A stretch of 35,234 bases of DNA from Actinobacteria bacterium UBA5182 (GTDB lineage: Bacteria > Actinomycetota > UBA4738). The notes under the pieces were generated by a model that saw only the letters and a list, made by a program, of their open reading frames with translations, made no database searches and was not told the origin of the DNA. The position numbers and the translations under genes were made by a program. Positions 8,533 through 17,397 of the stretch are shown here, piece by piece (position 1 is the stretch's first letter; every line of letters starts with the position of its first letter). The DNA lies in contig DHWM01000091.1 in assembly GCA_002413185.1 (NCBI GenBank), positions 83,664 through 118,897 of the forward strand, given 5' to 3'.

Positions 8533-8832
8533 TCAGAGCTCGGGAGCCTCCGCGACCGACTCGATCCGCCGGGCCAGGGCCAGATCCTTGTCGGTCACGC
8601 CGCTCTCACTCCACGTATGCAGGGCGACCCTGACCCGGTTGTAGTGGTTCTCCAGATCGGGGTGGTGGTTGGCCTCCTCGGCGAACCGGGCCAGGCGATC
8701 GATGAAGGCGATGGCGTCCATGAAGGTCGAGAACTTGTAGTTCTTGAAGATCTCGCCCCGGTCGAACCGCCAGCCCCTGAGGTCATGACCCGCCAGCGCC
8801 GAATGGACCTCGCCGTCGGAGAGAACGGTCAC
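8533..8832 (-). CDS. Pterin-4-alpha-carbinolamine dehydratase (PCD/DCoH family, COG2154)
   Basis: 99 aa from the GTG at 8832. W....I.K.Y.F..F..A..F..R.A..AE..NHHPD....YN.V.V.L.TH. is the PCD signature. The start overlaps the gabT stop as GTGA (8829-8832). Confidence 0.85.
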   Translation of the reverse strand: MTVLSDGEVHSALAGHDLRGWRFDRGEIFKNYKFSTFMDAIAFIDRLARFAEEANHHPDLENHYNRVRVALHTWSESGVTDKDLALARRIESVAEAPEL

Positions 8833-10187
8833 CTCGCCGCATCCGCCTCCACGGCCACGATGGCCTTCTCCACCACGTCGAGGCCCTCTCCAAGCAGCTC
8901 CTCCTGGATGGTGAGTGGCGGGAGGAACCGGATGACGTTGTCGTAGGTGCCGGCCTTCAGGATGATAACGCCCTGCGCGTAGCACTCCTCGATCAGCCGG
9001 GACGCCGCGTGATTCGCCGGGGCCTTCGTCTGGCGATCTTCCACCAGCTCCATCGCCACCATGGCGCCCCGTCCCCGGACCTCACCGATCAGCTCGAAGC
9101 GCTCGGCCATCTCCCGGAGACGCCGGGTCAGGAGGCTTCCGATCCGTTCGGCCCGCTCGAGCAGCCCGTCGCGCTCGATCGCGTCGAGAACCGCCAGCCC
9201 GGCCGCGCAGGCCAGGGGGTTCCCGCCGAACGTGCCCCCCACTCCTCCGACGTGCACGCTCTCCATGACCTCCGCTCGCCCCGTCACGCCGCCCAGCGGG
9301 AGTCCTCCCGCCAGCGACTTCGCCGTGGTCACGATGTCCGGGGCGACCCCTTCGTGTTCGATGCCGAACCACCGCCCGGTCCGCCCGATGCCGGTCTGGA
9401 CCTCGTCGGCGACGAACATGATCCCGTGGTCTCGGCAGTACTCCGCCAGCCGGGGCAGGAAGCCGGGCGCCGGCACCACGAACCCTCCCTCGCCGAGGAT
9501 GGGCTCCACGACCAGGCACGCGATGTTGTCCGGCCCGATCTGCTTGTCCATCTGGTCGATGGCATAGCGGATGCAGCTCTCAGCGCACTCCTCCGGGGTG
9601 TGGCCTCCCGTGGGGCACCGGTACGGGTAGGCGTACGGCAACCGGTACACCTCCGGGATGAAGGGTCCCAGTGACTGCTTGTAGGGCACGACCTTCGCCG
9701 TCATGGTCATGGCCAGAAGGGTTCGCCCGTGGAAGGCGTGATCGAACACCACCACACCTGGTCGCTTGGTGAAGTACCGGGAGATCTTGACGGCGTTCTC
9801 CACCGCCTCCGCGCCGCTGTTGGTGAACATCGTCCGCTTCGGCTCTTCGCCGGGGACCAGTTCGTTCAACCGCTCCGCCAGCTCGAGGTAGGGCTCGTTC
9901 ATCGTGACGTGCATGCAGGTGTGGGTGAACCGGTCGAGCTGGGCGCGAACCGCTTCTGTCACACCGGGGGCGCTGTTGCCGGTGTTCAGGACGGCCAGGC
10001 CCGCCCCCAGATCGATCAAGCTGTTGCCGTCCACGTCGCGGATGATCGCTCCGGAGGTGGCGTCGGCGAAGATCGGCGTGGTGTAGAAGACACCCCGAGG
10101 AACGGCCTGGAGGCGTCGCTCCAGCAGGGCACGGGATCTCGGGCCGGGAATCTCGGTGACGATTCGGCGTTCCTGCGGGATGTCCAT
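8829..10187 (-). CDS. gabT: 4-aminobutyrate aminotransferase (class III PLP aminotransferase)
   Basis: Close by-eye match to actinobacterial GabT (EIPGPRS...DVDGN.LIDLG.G.AV...GNS.P.V..AV..Q...FTHTC...NSGAEAVENAVKI.R......VV.FDHA.HGRT...DEVQTG.GRTG...TTAKSLAGG.P). GGAGG SD 5 nt before ATG 10187. Confidence 0.92.
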   Translation of the reverse strand: MDIPQERRIVTEIPGPRSRALLERRLQAVPRGVFYTTPIFADATSGAIIRDVDGNSLIDLGAGLAVLNTGNSAPGVTEAVRAQLDRFTHTCMHVTMNEPYLELAERLNELVPGEEPKRTMFTNSGAEAVENAVKISRYFTKRPGVVVFDHAFHGRTLLAMTMTAKVVPYKQSLGPFIPEVYRLPYAYPYRCPTGGHTPEECAESCIRYAIDQMDKQIGPDNIACLVVEPILGEGGFVVPAPGFLPRLAEYCRDHGIMFVADEVQTGIGRTGRWFGIEHEGVAPDIVTTAKSLAGGLPLGGVTGRAEVMESVHVGGVGGTFGGNPLACAAGLAVLDAIERDGLLERAERIGSLLTRRLREMAERFELIGEVRGRGAMVAMELVEDRQTKAPANHAASRLIEECYAQGVIILKAGTYDNVIRFLPPLTIQEELLGEGLDVVEKAIVAVEADAAR

Positions 10188-10277
10188 GCTGCCTCCGCGA
10201 CGCGATCGGTGGGCGCAGTGTGGCCCCGCCCAATCCGCGTGTCAGCATCCGGCTGGGGGTAACGGAGGCCCGGCCCT

Positions 10278-10295
10278 TTGTACCATCCGTACAAT
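10278..10295. promoter_or_regulatory. Palindrome TTGTAC-N5-GTACAA in the gabT/pucR divergent region, overlapping a TACAAT -10 box
   Basis: Perfect 6-bp inverted arms at 10278-10283 and 10289-10294. TACAAT (10290-10295) ends 7 nt before the regulator ATG at 10303. The complement of the left arm reads TACAAA facing gabT. Confidence 0.4.
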
Positions 10296-10302
10296 CCCTG
10301 GC

Positions 10303-11877
10303 ATGTCGCTCACCGTGGGAGAGCTCCTGCGGACCCCCGGCTTGGACATCCGTCCCAAGGCCGGGAGACGCGGGCTGACCCAGACCATCAGGTGGGTCCA
10401 CGTCAGCGAGCTCGAGGACCCCACGCCCTGGCTGAAGGGTGGCGAGCTGCTCCTGACCACCGGTATGGGCGTCGGCAAGACACCGGCCAGGCAACGGGGA
10501 TACGTGGGCCGGCTGGCCGCGGCGGGTCTGGCCGGGCTGGGGCTCGGCACCGGGTTCTCGTTCCGATCGGTCCCGAAAGCGGTGGTGGACGCGGCCGAGG
10601 CGGCCGGCTTTCCCGTGTTCGAGGTCCCCTACGACGTCCCGTTCATCGCCATCACCGAGGTGGTCTTCACCAGGCTGATGGCCGAACAGTACGACCTGTT
10701 GTCGCGGTCTTTGGAGGCCGAACACACCCTGACCCGGGCAGTCCTCGAGGGCCAGGGGGTCGAGGGAATCGTGGCGGCGCTGGCGAAGGCGATCGGGGGC
10801 TGGTCGGTGCTGTTCGACCTGCATGGCTCCCTCATGGCGGCCGAACCCGCCACCGCCGACGTGTACCTGCCGCGGCTGTGGTCGGAGCTGCAGACCCCTC
10901 GGGCTGAGGGCCCCAGGTTCAGCCTGTCGGTGGTCGACCGCGGCCACCACATCGTGATCCAGCCGGTCACCGCCCAGGGGCGCGTCGAGGCCTTCCTCGG
11001 CGCCGGGAAGCGGGACGCGCTGACGCACTTCGACCGGATCGTGTCCAGCCACGCCCTGGCGCTCCTGGCCCTGGAGCTGGCCAAGGCCAGGGCGGTCTCG
11101 GACACGGAGCGCCGCCTGAAGGGCGACGTGCTCGACAAGATCCTGAGTGGGGAGCTCGAGCCCGCTCGGGCTCGCCAGTCCCTCGAGCGGCTGGGGTTCG
11201 ACGTGGACCGCCCCGTGGCGGCGCTCGCGTTGGCCGACGGGGGCTCTCCAGAGGCCCTGGCCGGGGTGTGCGAGGAAGCGCTGGCCAGGCTGCCGGAGGG
11301 CCGGGCGTTCATGTGCTCGCCTCGCGACGATCTGGTGGTGGCCATTCTGCAACCGGCGGGGTCCGGATTCCTCGGGGACGTGCAAGCCGCCATCGGGGCC
11401 CGTTCGTCCGGCGACGTCCTGGCGGGCGCGGGGAGCCTGGTTCCCTTCGACGAGATCGCTCAGACGATCAGAGAGGCGAGGTACGCCTTGCAGGTCTGCC
11501 GGACCGAGGGCAGGCAATCGGCCGAGTTCCAGGACCTCGGCACCTATCAACTGCTCCTGTCGCTCCAGGACCCCGAGGCGCTCCGAACGTTCGCCGGCAG
11601 CGTCCTCGCCCCCCTCGACCGGTACGACCGGGGTCACGGGGGCGAGCTGGTGCCGTCGCTCCGAGCCTTCCTGGAGAAGAACGCTCGGTGGGAGGCGGCG
11701 GCCATGGAGCTTCTGGTGCACCGGCACACGCTGCGGTACCGGATGCGGAAGGTCGAAGAGCTGACCGGGCGGCGACTCTCCTCCGCCCGGGACCGCATGG
11801 AGTTCTTCCTGGCGCTCCGAGCCAGAGATCTCCTGTCGAGCGCTGAGGGCAACGGGCGGTCGTTCTCGCGGCCGTGA
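10303..11877 (+). CDS. PucR-family transcriptional regulator (GabR-like position next to gabT)
   Basis: MSLTVGELLRTPGL......G..GL...IRWVHVSEL.DPTPWL.GGELLLTTG is the typical PucR N-terminal domain. The C-terminal ...L..TL.A.L....R....A..L.VHR.TLRYR..K.EEL.G is the PucR HTH. The tracked ORF starts earlier (10156), but that part overlaps gabT. Confidence 0.85.
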   Translation: MSLTVGELLRTPGLDIRPKAGRRGLTQTIRWVHVSELEDPTPWLKGGELLLTTGMGVGKTPARQRGYVGRLAAAGLAGLGLGTGFSFRSVPKAVVDAAEAAGFPVFEVPYDVPFIAITEVVFTRLMAEQYDLLSRSLEAEHTLTRAVLEGQGVEGIVAALAKAIGGWSVLFDLHGSLMAAEPATADVYLPRLWSELQTPRAEGPRFSLSVVDRGHHIVIQPVTAQGRVEAFLGAGKRDALTHFDRIVSSHALALLALELAKARAVSDTERRLKGDVLDKILSGELEPARARQSLERLGFDVDRPVAALALADGGSPEALAGVCEEALARLPEGRAFMCSPRDDLVVAILQPAGSGFLGDVQAAIGARSSGDVLAGAGSLVPFDEIAQTIREARYALQVCRTEGRQSAEFQDLGTYQLLLSLQDPEALRTFAGSVLAPLDRYDRGHGGELVPSLRAFLEKNARWEAAAMELLVHRHTLRYRMRKVEELTGRRLSSARDRMEFFLALRARDLLSSAEGNGRSFSRP

Positions 11878-12011
11878 GGCACGCCCTCGGTTCGCTGTTG
11901 TCCCGACCGTACGAAAAGGGGGCTCCGCGGTGTGGCGTTCGGCCTGCCGCGCCGGCAGAGGAAAGGAATACGCTCCAATCGGCTCGACGAGTCGGAGAGT
12001 GAGGAGGCACC

Positions 12012-13457
12012 ATGGCGACGGCGGTCAAGCGAGGCGAGATGTTCATCGGCGGGGAATGGGTCGCCGGGTCCGGAGAGGAGATGCAGCCGGTCCTGAATCC
12101 CGCCACGGGCCAGGTCATCGCGGAGGTGCCGAAGGGGACAGCGGACGACGTCGATCGCGCCGTGACCGCCGCCCGCAAGGCCTATGACGAGGTGTGGTTC
12201 GACTCCACGCCGTCCGAGCGAAGCCTGATGCTCCTGAAGCTTGCGGACGCCGTGGAATCCCACGCTGCGGAGATCGCCGGCATCGAATCCCAGAACGTCG
12301 GCAAGCCACTCGCCACAACGCTCTCCGACGAGCTCCCTCCCATGGTCGACGCGCTGCGCTTCTTCGCCGGGGGCGCCAGATTCCTGGAGGGGCGAGCGAC
12401 CGGCGAATACATGAAGGGCTTCACCAGCATGCTTCGACGGGAGCCGGTCGGCGTGGTCGGGTCGATCGCGCCGTGGAACTACCCGCTGATGATGGCGATC
12501 TGGAAGATCGGCCCCGCGCTCGCGGCCGGGAACACGGTGATCCTCAAGCCGTCCGAGTGGACGCCGCTGTCGGCCCTTCGGATGGCGGAGTTCGCGGCGG
12601 AGATCTTCCCGCCCGGGGTGCTCAACGTGATCACCGGCGACGGCGAGCCGGTCGGCGCCGGGATCGTTCGGCACGCCGGCGTCAACATGGTGTCGCTGAC
12701 CGGAGACGTGGCCACCGGCAAGGAGGTGGCCCGAGCCGCCTCGCAGACGCTGAAGCGGGTTCACCTGGAGCTGGGAGGAAAGGCGCCGGTGATCGTCTTC
12801 GATGACGCGAACATGGACGCGGTCGTCGAGTGGATCAAGATCGGCGGCTTCTTCAACGCCGGGCAGGACTGCACGGCCGCCACCAGGGTCATCGCCGGCC
12901 CGAAGATCTATGACAACCTCCTCTCCTCGCTGGTCCCCGCGGTCGAATCGTTGAACGTGGGGGACCCCGCGAGCGATGACACGGAGATGGGGCCGCTCGT
13001 TTCGAAGGAGCAGTTCGACCGGGTCAGCGGGTTCGTCGACCGTGCCAGGGAGGGAGGCGCTGCCATCCTCACGGGCGGAGCGGCGATCGAAGGTCCGGGG
13101 TTCTTCTACCAGCCCAGCGTGGTGGCCGACGTGACCCAGGAATCGGAGATCGTCAGGCGGGAGGTGTTCGGCCCAGTGGTGACGGTGCAGCGGTTCGCGG
13201 ATGACGATCAGGCCATCGCGTGGGCCAACGACGTCGACTATGGCCTGGCCGCCAGCGTGTGGACCACGAACGTGGCCAGGGCGCTCAACGCGGCCAGGAA
13301 GCTGCAGTTCGGGACGGTATGGATCAACACCCACATCCCGCTGGTCAACGAGATGCCGCACGGCGGATACAAGCAGAGTGGCTACGGCAAGGACATGTCG
13401 ATCTACTCCATCGAGGACTACACGAACATCAAGCACGTGATGGCGGCTCTGGAGTGA
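12012..13457 (+). CDS. patD: Gamma-aminobutyraldehyde dehydrogenase-like NAD aldehyde dehydrogenase (PatD/YdcW-like)
   Basis: Long collinear similarity by eye to E. coli PatD (QN.GKPL......E.P..VD..RFFAG.AR.L.G.A.GEY..G.TSM.RR.P.GVV.SIAPWNYPLMMA.WK..PALAAGN.V.LKPSE.TPL.AL..AE.A..IFP.GV.N...G.G..VG......MVSLTG...TG......A....KR.H.ELGGKAPVIVFDDA......E......YNAGQDCTAA.R). GAGGAGG SD. Confidence 0.85.
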   Translation: MATAVKRGEMFIGGEWVAGSGEEMQPVLNPATGQVIAEVPKGTADDVDRAVTAARKAYDEVWFDSTPSERSLMLLKLADAVESHAAEIAGIESQNVGKPLATTLSDELPPMVDALRFFAGGARFLEGRATGEYMKGFTSMLRREPVGVVGSIAPWNYPLMMAIWKIGPALAAGNTVILKPSEWTPLSALRMAEFAAEIFPPGVLNVITGDGEPVGAGIVRHAGVNMVSLTGDVATGKEVARAASQTLKRVHLELGGKAPVIVFDDANMDAVVEWIKIGGFFNAGQDCTAATRVIAGPKIYDNLLSSLVPAVESLNVGDPASDDTEMGPLVSKEQFDRVSGFVDRAREGGAAILTGGAAIEGPGFFYQPSVVADVTQESEIVRREVFGPVVTVQRFADDDQAIAWANDVDYGLAASVWTTNVARALNAARKLQFGTVWINTHIPLVNEMPHGGYKQSGYGKDMSIYSIEDYTNIKHVMAALE

Positions 13458-13485
13458 CCAGCAGATCCGGGGAGGTGAGCAGGTC

Positions 13486-14910
13486 ATGACGACCAAACCC
13501 TTCTACGTGGCAGGTGAGTGGCGAACCGGCCAGGGCACGTTGGACGTGAAGAGCCCGTACGACGGGAGCGTGGTGGCCTCGATCGGCACGCCGACCGACG
13601 CCGATGTCGAGGACGCCGTGGCGAAGGCCGCGGAGACGTTCAGGGACTCCCGGCACCTTCCCACATACGTGAGGTCCGAGGCCCTCCTGCACATCTCCCA
13701 TCGGATCGCGGAGCGGGTGGACGAGCTGGCGGAGCTCGTGGCGAAGGAGGGTGGCAAGCCGCTCAAGTGGTCGAAGATCGAAGTGACCCGGGCCATCTCC
13801 ACCTTCCGGTGGGCATCGGAGGAGTCACGAAGGATGGACGGTGAGTTCCTGGCCCTCGACACCGAGGAGTCGCTGGGATCGCGGGCGGGCATCGTTCGTC
13901 GCTTCGCCTACGGGCCCGTCCTCGGGATCAGCCCCTTCAACTTCCCGGTGAACCTGGTCGCGCACAAGGTGGCCCCGGCCCTCGCCGTGGGCGCCCCGAT
14001 CGTGGTCAAGCCGGCCGGCGTCACGCCCCTCGGCGCCCTGGCCCTGGCGGAGCTGTTCGACGAGACCGACTTTCCCAAGGGGATGCTGAGCGTGCTCCCG
14101 ATCTCGAGCGAGCGTGCCCAGAAGCTGGTCGAGGATCGCCGGTTCAAGAAGCTGTCCTTCACCGGCTCGGGGATCGGGTGGACGCTGAAGGGCCTCGATC
14201 CGAGGAAGCACGCCACGCTCGAGCTGGGAGGGAACGCGGGGGTCATCGTGCATTCGGACGCGGACCTCGACAACGCCGCGGCGCGGGTGGCGGTGGGCGG
14301 CTACTACCAGGCCGGGCAGTCCTGTATCTCCGTGCAGCGAGTGTTCGTCCAGTCGGAGGTTTACGACGACTTCGTGTCGCGCCTCGTCAAGCACGTCGAA
14401 TCGCTCAAGGTGGGTGACCCACTGGACCCGACCGTCGACGTCGGTCCGGTCATCGACGCCGGAGCGCTCGACCGGATCGACGCCTGGGTGAAGGAAGCGG
14501 TTTCTCAGGGTGCGGAGATCCTGACCGGCGGAAAGCGGGAGGACCCCCTGTACTTCCCCACCGTCCTCGCCCACACCACGCCGGAGATGAAGGTGCGATG
14601 CGAGGAGATCTTCGGCCCCGTCATCACCGTCCAGCGCTACGAGACGTACCAGGAGGCATTGGACGAAGTGAACAACTCCCCGTACGGGCTCCAGGCCGGG
14701 GTCTTCACCTCCTCGATCGACCGGGCCATGCTGGCCCACCGCACGCTGGAGGTGGGCGGAGTGATCGTGAACGACGTCAGCGCGTTCCGGGCCGACCAGA
14801 TGCCATACGGAGGGTCCAAGGAGTCGGGCTACGGGCGGGAGGGCCTGAAGTACGCGATGGAGGAGATGACCGAGCCGAGGATCATGGTCCTCTCCCACGT
14901 GCCGCTGTAG
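13486..14910 (+). CDS. Aldehyde dehydrogenase family protein (candidate succinate-semialdehyde dehydrogenase by context)
   Basis: ALDH motifs are present: PFNFPVNLVAHKVAPALAVGAPIVVKPA, FTGS, ELGGNA, QAGQSCISVQRVFV, EEIFGPV, PYGGSKESG. GGGGAGGTGA SD. Substrate is not deducible from the sequence. Confidence 0.85.
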   Translation: MTTKPFYVAGEWRTGQGTLDVKSPYDGSVVASIGTPTDADVEDAVAKAAETFRDSRHLPTYVRSEALLHISHRIAERVDELAELVAKEGGKPLKWSKIEVTRAISTFRWASEESRRMDGEFLALDTEESLGSRAGIVRRFAYGPVLGISPFNFPVNLVAHKVAPALAVGAPIVVKPAGVTPLGALALAELFDETDFPKGMLSVLPISSERAQKLVEDRRFKKLSFTGSGIGWTLKGLDPRKHATLELGGNAGVIVHSDADLDNAAARVAVGGYYQAGQSCISVQRVFVQSEVYDDFVSRLVKHVESLKVGDPLDPTVDVGPVIDAGALDRIDAWVKEAVSQGAEILTGGKREDPLYFPTVLAHTTPEMKVRCEEIFGPVITVQRYETYQEALDEVNNSPYGLQAGVFTSSIDRAMLAHRTLEVGGVIVNDVSAFRADQMPYGGSKESGYGREGLKYAMEEMTEPRIMVLSHVPL

Positions 14911-14929
14911 CGAGTCTGCTACAGGTCGC

Positions 14930-16081
14930 TCAACCCTCCGTTCGAACCGAGTACGTGATTCCGCGTTCGGCCAGCCGCTGGAAGAACCGGTCGGCGTCCA
15001 CAGCCTCCTCCGGCGCGAACATTCCCGGCCCCTTGGCCTCGCCCGCCACGATCATCTGCGCAACGATCGACGGCGGGATGCCTGTGTCGAGCGCGCCGCC
15101 GCCGAGCCCCAGGTCGCGGTTCGGTTCGATCAGGGCTTCGGCGACGATCGTTCGATCCCGCCCGTCCTTCTCTCCCTCCAGCACCACCCGCAGGCACTCC
15201 ACGTCCTCGGTCCCCGCGGCTTGCGGCAGGCGGCGCCCCAGCTCGATCAAGAGATCCCGGGGACGGACGCTCTGACCCCGAACGACAACCGGCTCCGACG
15301 ATGCGAACCCGATGTTCGCGAGGAGCCGGAACCGTTCGACCAAGGCCTGTTCGAACGAGATCTTGAACGTGACCTCCCGGACGCCGGGGAATCCTCGGGG
15401 GAGGGTGGCCACCTCCGAGTGCAGCGTGGTGAACGCCCGGCGCTTTCCAACGGGCTCCGGAAAATCGACGTCTTCCGGTTCGCCCAGCGCATCGACCTCC
15501 CGAAACTCCCCTGCCCGGTAGGCCATGGCCGGGAGGCTGAACTCGTCGAGGATCGTCTCGAGTGAGTAGGGGATGGGAAGCGGCAGGCCCGAAACCGAGG
15601 GATCCATCGACCCCAGCCGGACGTGGATCCCGTCCACGGTGTCCAGCTCGCGGGCGCCCACCACCGCCAGGAGGTTCGTGATGCCCGGGCTCCCGCCCAT
15701 GCACGTCACTCCCGTCAGCCCGGCGGAGGCGAAACGGTCGCGGTACTCGAGGGTGGCCAGGGCCACGTGGAAGAGCCCGCCCAGATCGACATAGCCGCAC
15801 CCGGCGTCCAAACAGGCCTCGACGATGGCAGGGTTGAGCCGGTAGGCCGTGGAGGCGATGCAGACGTCGTGACCCTCGAGGACCTCGACGAAGCCCTTCC
15901 CTGAGATGTCCGTCGCCACCCACCGGACGTCGGCTCCTCCACGGATGGAACTCGCCACCGAGGCGGCCCGGTCTCCGTCCAGATCCGCCACCGTGACGAC
16001 TTCGACGCCTTCGGAGCGGGCCAGGTCCTGCGCGGCCACCCGCCCCATCGCGCCAGCCCCGCCCACCACCACGGCTCGCAC
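14930..16081 (-). CDS. Saccharopine dehydrogenase-like NAD(P)-binding oxidoreductase
   Basis: GTG start, then RAVVVGGAGAMGRVAAQDL Rossmann motif. DV.I....Y.LN..I.EAC...G..YVDLG and GGSPGITN are typical of the saccharopine/carboxynorspermidine dehydrogenase family. Confidence 0.75.
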   Translation of the reverse strand: MRAVVVGGAGAMGRVAAQDLARSEGVEVVTVADLDGDRAASVASSIRGGADVRWVATDISGKGFVEVLEGHDVCIASTAYRLNPAIVEACLDAGCGYVDLGGLFHVALATLEYRDRFASAGLTGVTCMGGSPGITNLLAVVGARELDTVDGIHVRLGSMDPSVSGLPLPIPYSLETILDEFSLPAMAYRAGEFREVDALGEPEDVDFPEPVGKRRAFTTLHSEVATLPRGFPGVREVTFKISFEQALVERFRLLANIGFASSEPVVVRGQSVRPRDLLIELGRRLPQAAGTEDVECLRVVLEGEKDGRDRTIVAEALIEPNRDLGLGGGALDTGIPPSIVAQMIVAGEAKGPGMFAPEEAVDADRFFQRLAERGITYSVRTEG

Positions 16082-16275
16082 GGTGCTCAGTGTGTCCAGG
16101 GCCGAACTGGGCGGATGTCGCCTAGCTGTACAAACGGGACCCCACCGTTTCGACCGGCAGGCGCTCCCCCCGGCGAGCCGGCCCGGCTACGGTCCGGATC
16201 ATCGACCTGGGAACGAAGCTTTCCACCGTGCGAGAATCACCCACGACGACCGCGGCAGCGGGTCAGGAGGTTCGC

Positions 16276-17397
16276 GTGGGCGAGACCGACGTTCGGTTGG
16301 ACCAGGTGACCAAGCGCTTCGGTGACGTCCTGGCTGTCGACGACCTGACGCTCCAGATCGACCAGGGCGAGTTCTTCAGCCTGCTGGGGCCGTCGGGGTG
16401 CGGCAAGACGACCACGCTTCGGATGATCGGGGGCTTCGAGGACCCGACCGCCGGCGTTATCCACCTCGGCGGGAAAGATGTGACGAATCTCCCTCCGTAT
16501 CGCCGGAACGTCAATACGGTGTTCCAGTCCTACGCGCTCTTCCCCCACCTGGATGTGTTCGAGAACGTGGCGTTCGGCCTCCGCCGCCACCATGTGGACC
16601 GCCAGGAGATCAAGCGCCGGGTTGGAGAGTCGCTGACCCTCGTGGATATGCCGGGACTCGAGCGGCGCAAGCCGGGGCAGCTGTCGGGCGGCCAGCAGCA
16701 ACGGGTGGCCCTGGCCCGGGCTCTCGTCAACGAGCCCAAGCTGCTGTTGCTCGACGAACCGCTGGGCGCCCTCGACCTGAAGCTCCGAAAGCAGATGCAG
16801 CTGGAGCTCAAGAGGATCCAGAAGGACGTCGGGATCACGTTCCTGTACGTGACGCACGACCAGGAAGAGGCCATGACCATGTCGAACCGACTCGCCGTCA
16901 TGCGCCACGGGAAGATCGAGCAGATCGCCACGCCCGAAGAGGTGTACGAGCACCCGGCCACCGAGTTCGTCGCGGGCTTCCTCGGCGCGTCCAATCTTTT
17001 GGAGGGCGAGGTGAAGTCCCGCCACGCCGGCGTCGCGGACGTCGTCGTCGAGGGCGGCTCCACCGTCACGGTGCCCGACGCGTCCCTGAACGGAAGCGAG
17101 TCCCGGGTCAAGATCGGGGTCCGCCCGGAGAAGATCCGGCTGGAGGAGGACGAGGGCGAGCCCCCTTCGGGTTGGAACTCGGTCCGGGGCGTCCTCCAGA
17201 TCGCCACGTTCGTCGGAGTCAGTCATCAGTACACGGTGGACGGCCCCGCCGGAACCACCTTGACCGTGTACGCCCAGAACCTGGGATCGGGGGCGAACGT
17301 CGCCCCCGGAGACCGCGTCCGGCTGCTGTGGCGACCGGAGCACACGTTCGTCGTTCGACCGTCGGAGCCACTCGCTGAGTGGGAGGAGGAGCAATGA
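16276..17397 (+). CDS. potA: Polyamine-type ABC transporter ATP-binding protein (PotA)
   Basis: Walker A GPSGCGKTT, Q-loop, LSGGQQQRVALARAL, Walker B LLLLDEPLGALD, H-loop VTHDQ, and a C-terminal TOBE-like domain. I prefer the GTG at 16276 (AGGAGG SD 5 nt upstream) over the tracked GTG at 16228, which has no SD. Confidence 0.88.
   Translation: MGETDVRLDQVTKRFGDVLAVDDLTLQIDQGEFFSLLGPSGCGKTTTLRMIGGFEDPTAGVIHLGGKDVTNLPPYRRNVNTVFQSYALFPHLDVFENVAFGLRRHHVDRQEIKRRVGESLTLVDMPGLERRKPGQLSGGQQQRVALARALVNEPKLLLLDEPLGALDLKLRKQMQLELKRIQKDVGITFLYVTHDQEEAMTMSNRLAVMRHGKIEQIATPEEVYEHPATEFVAGFLGASNLLEGEVKSRHAGVADVVVEGGSTVTVPDASLNGSESRVKIGVRPEKIRLEEDEGEPPSGWNSVRGVLQIATFVGVSHQYTVDGPAGTTLTVYAQNLGSGANVAPGDRVRLLWRPEHTFVVRPSEPLAEWEEEQ

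Noticed and set aside
9580-13496. Very long minus-strand ORFs (9580-11727, 715 aa; 11634-13496, 620 aa). Similar ones occur elsewhere (2-988, 1235-2188, 4269-5645, 13825-14898, 17226-18602, 27117-28625, 29069-30130, 31277-32371).
   Set aside because: They are antisense or out-of-frame shadows of confidently recognised genes. Their translations are Arg/Pro/Gly/His-rich low-complexity sequence with no family resemblance. Open frames like these are expected in DNA this G+C-rich because stop codons are rare.
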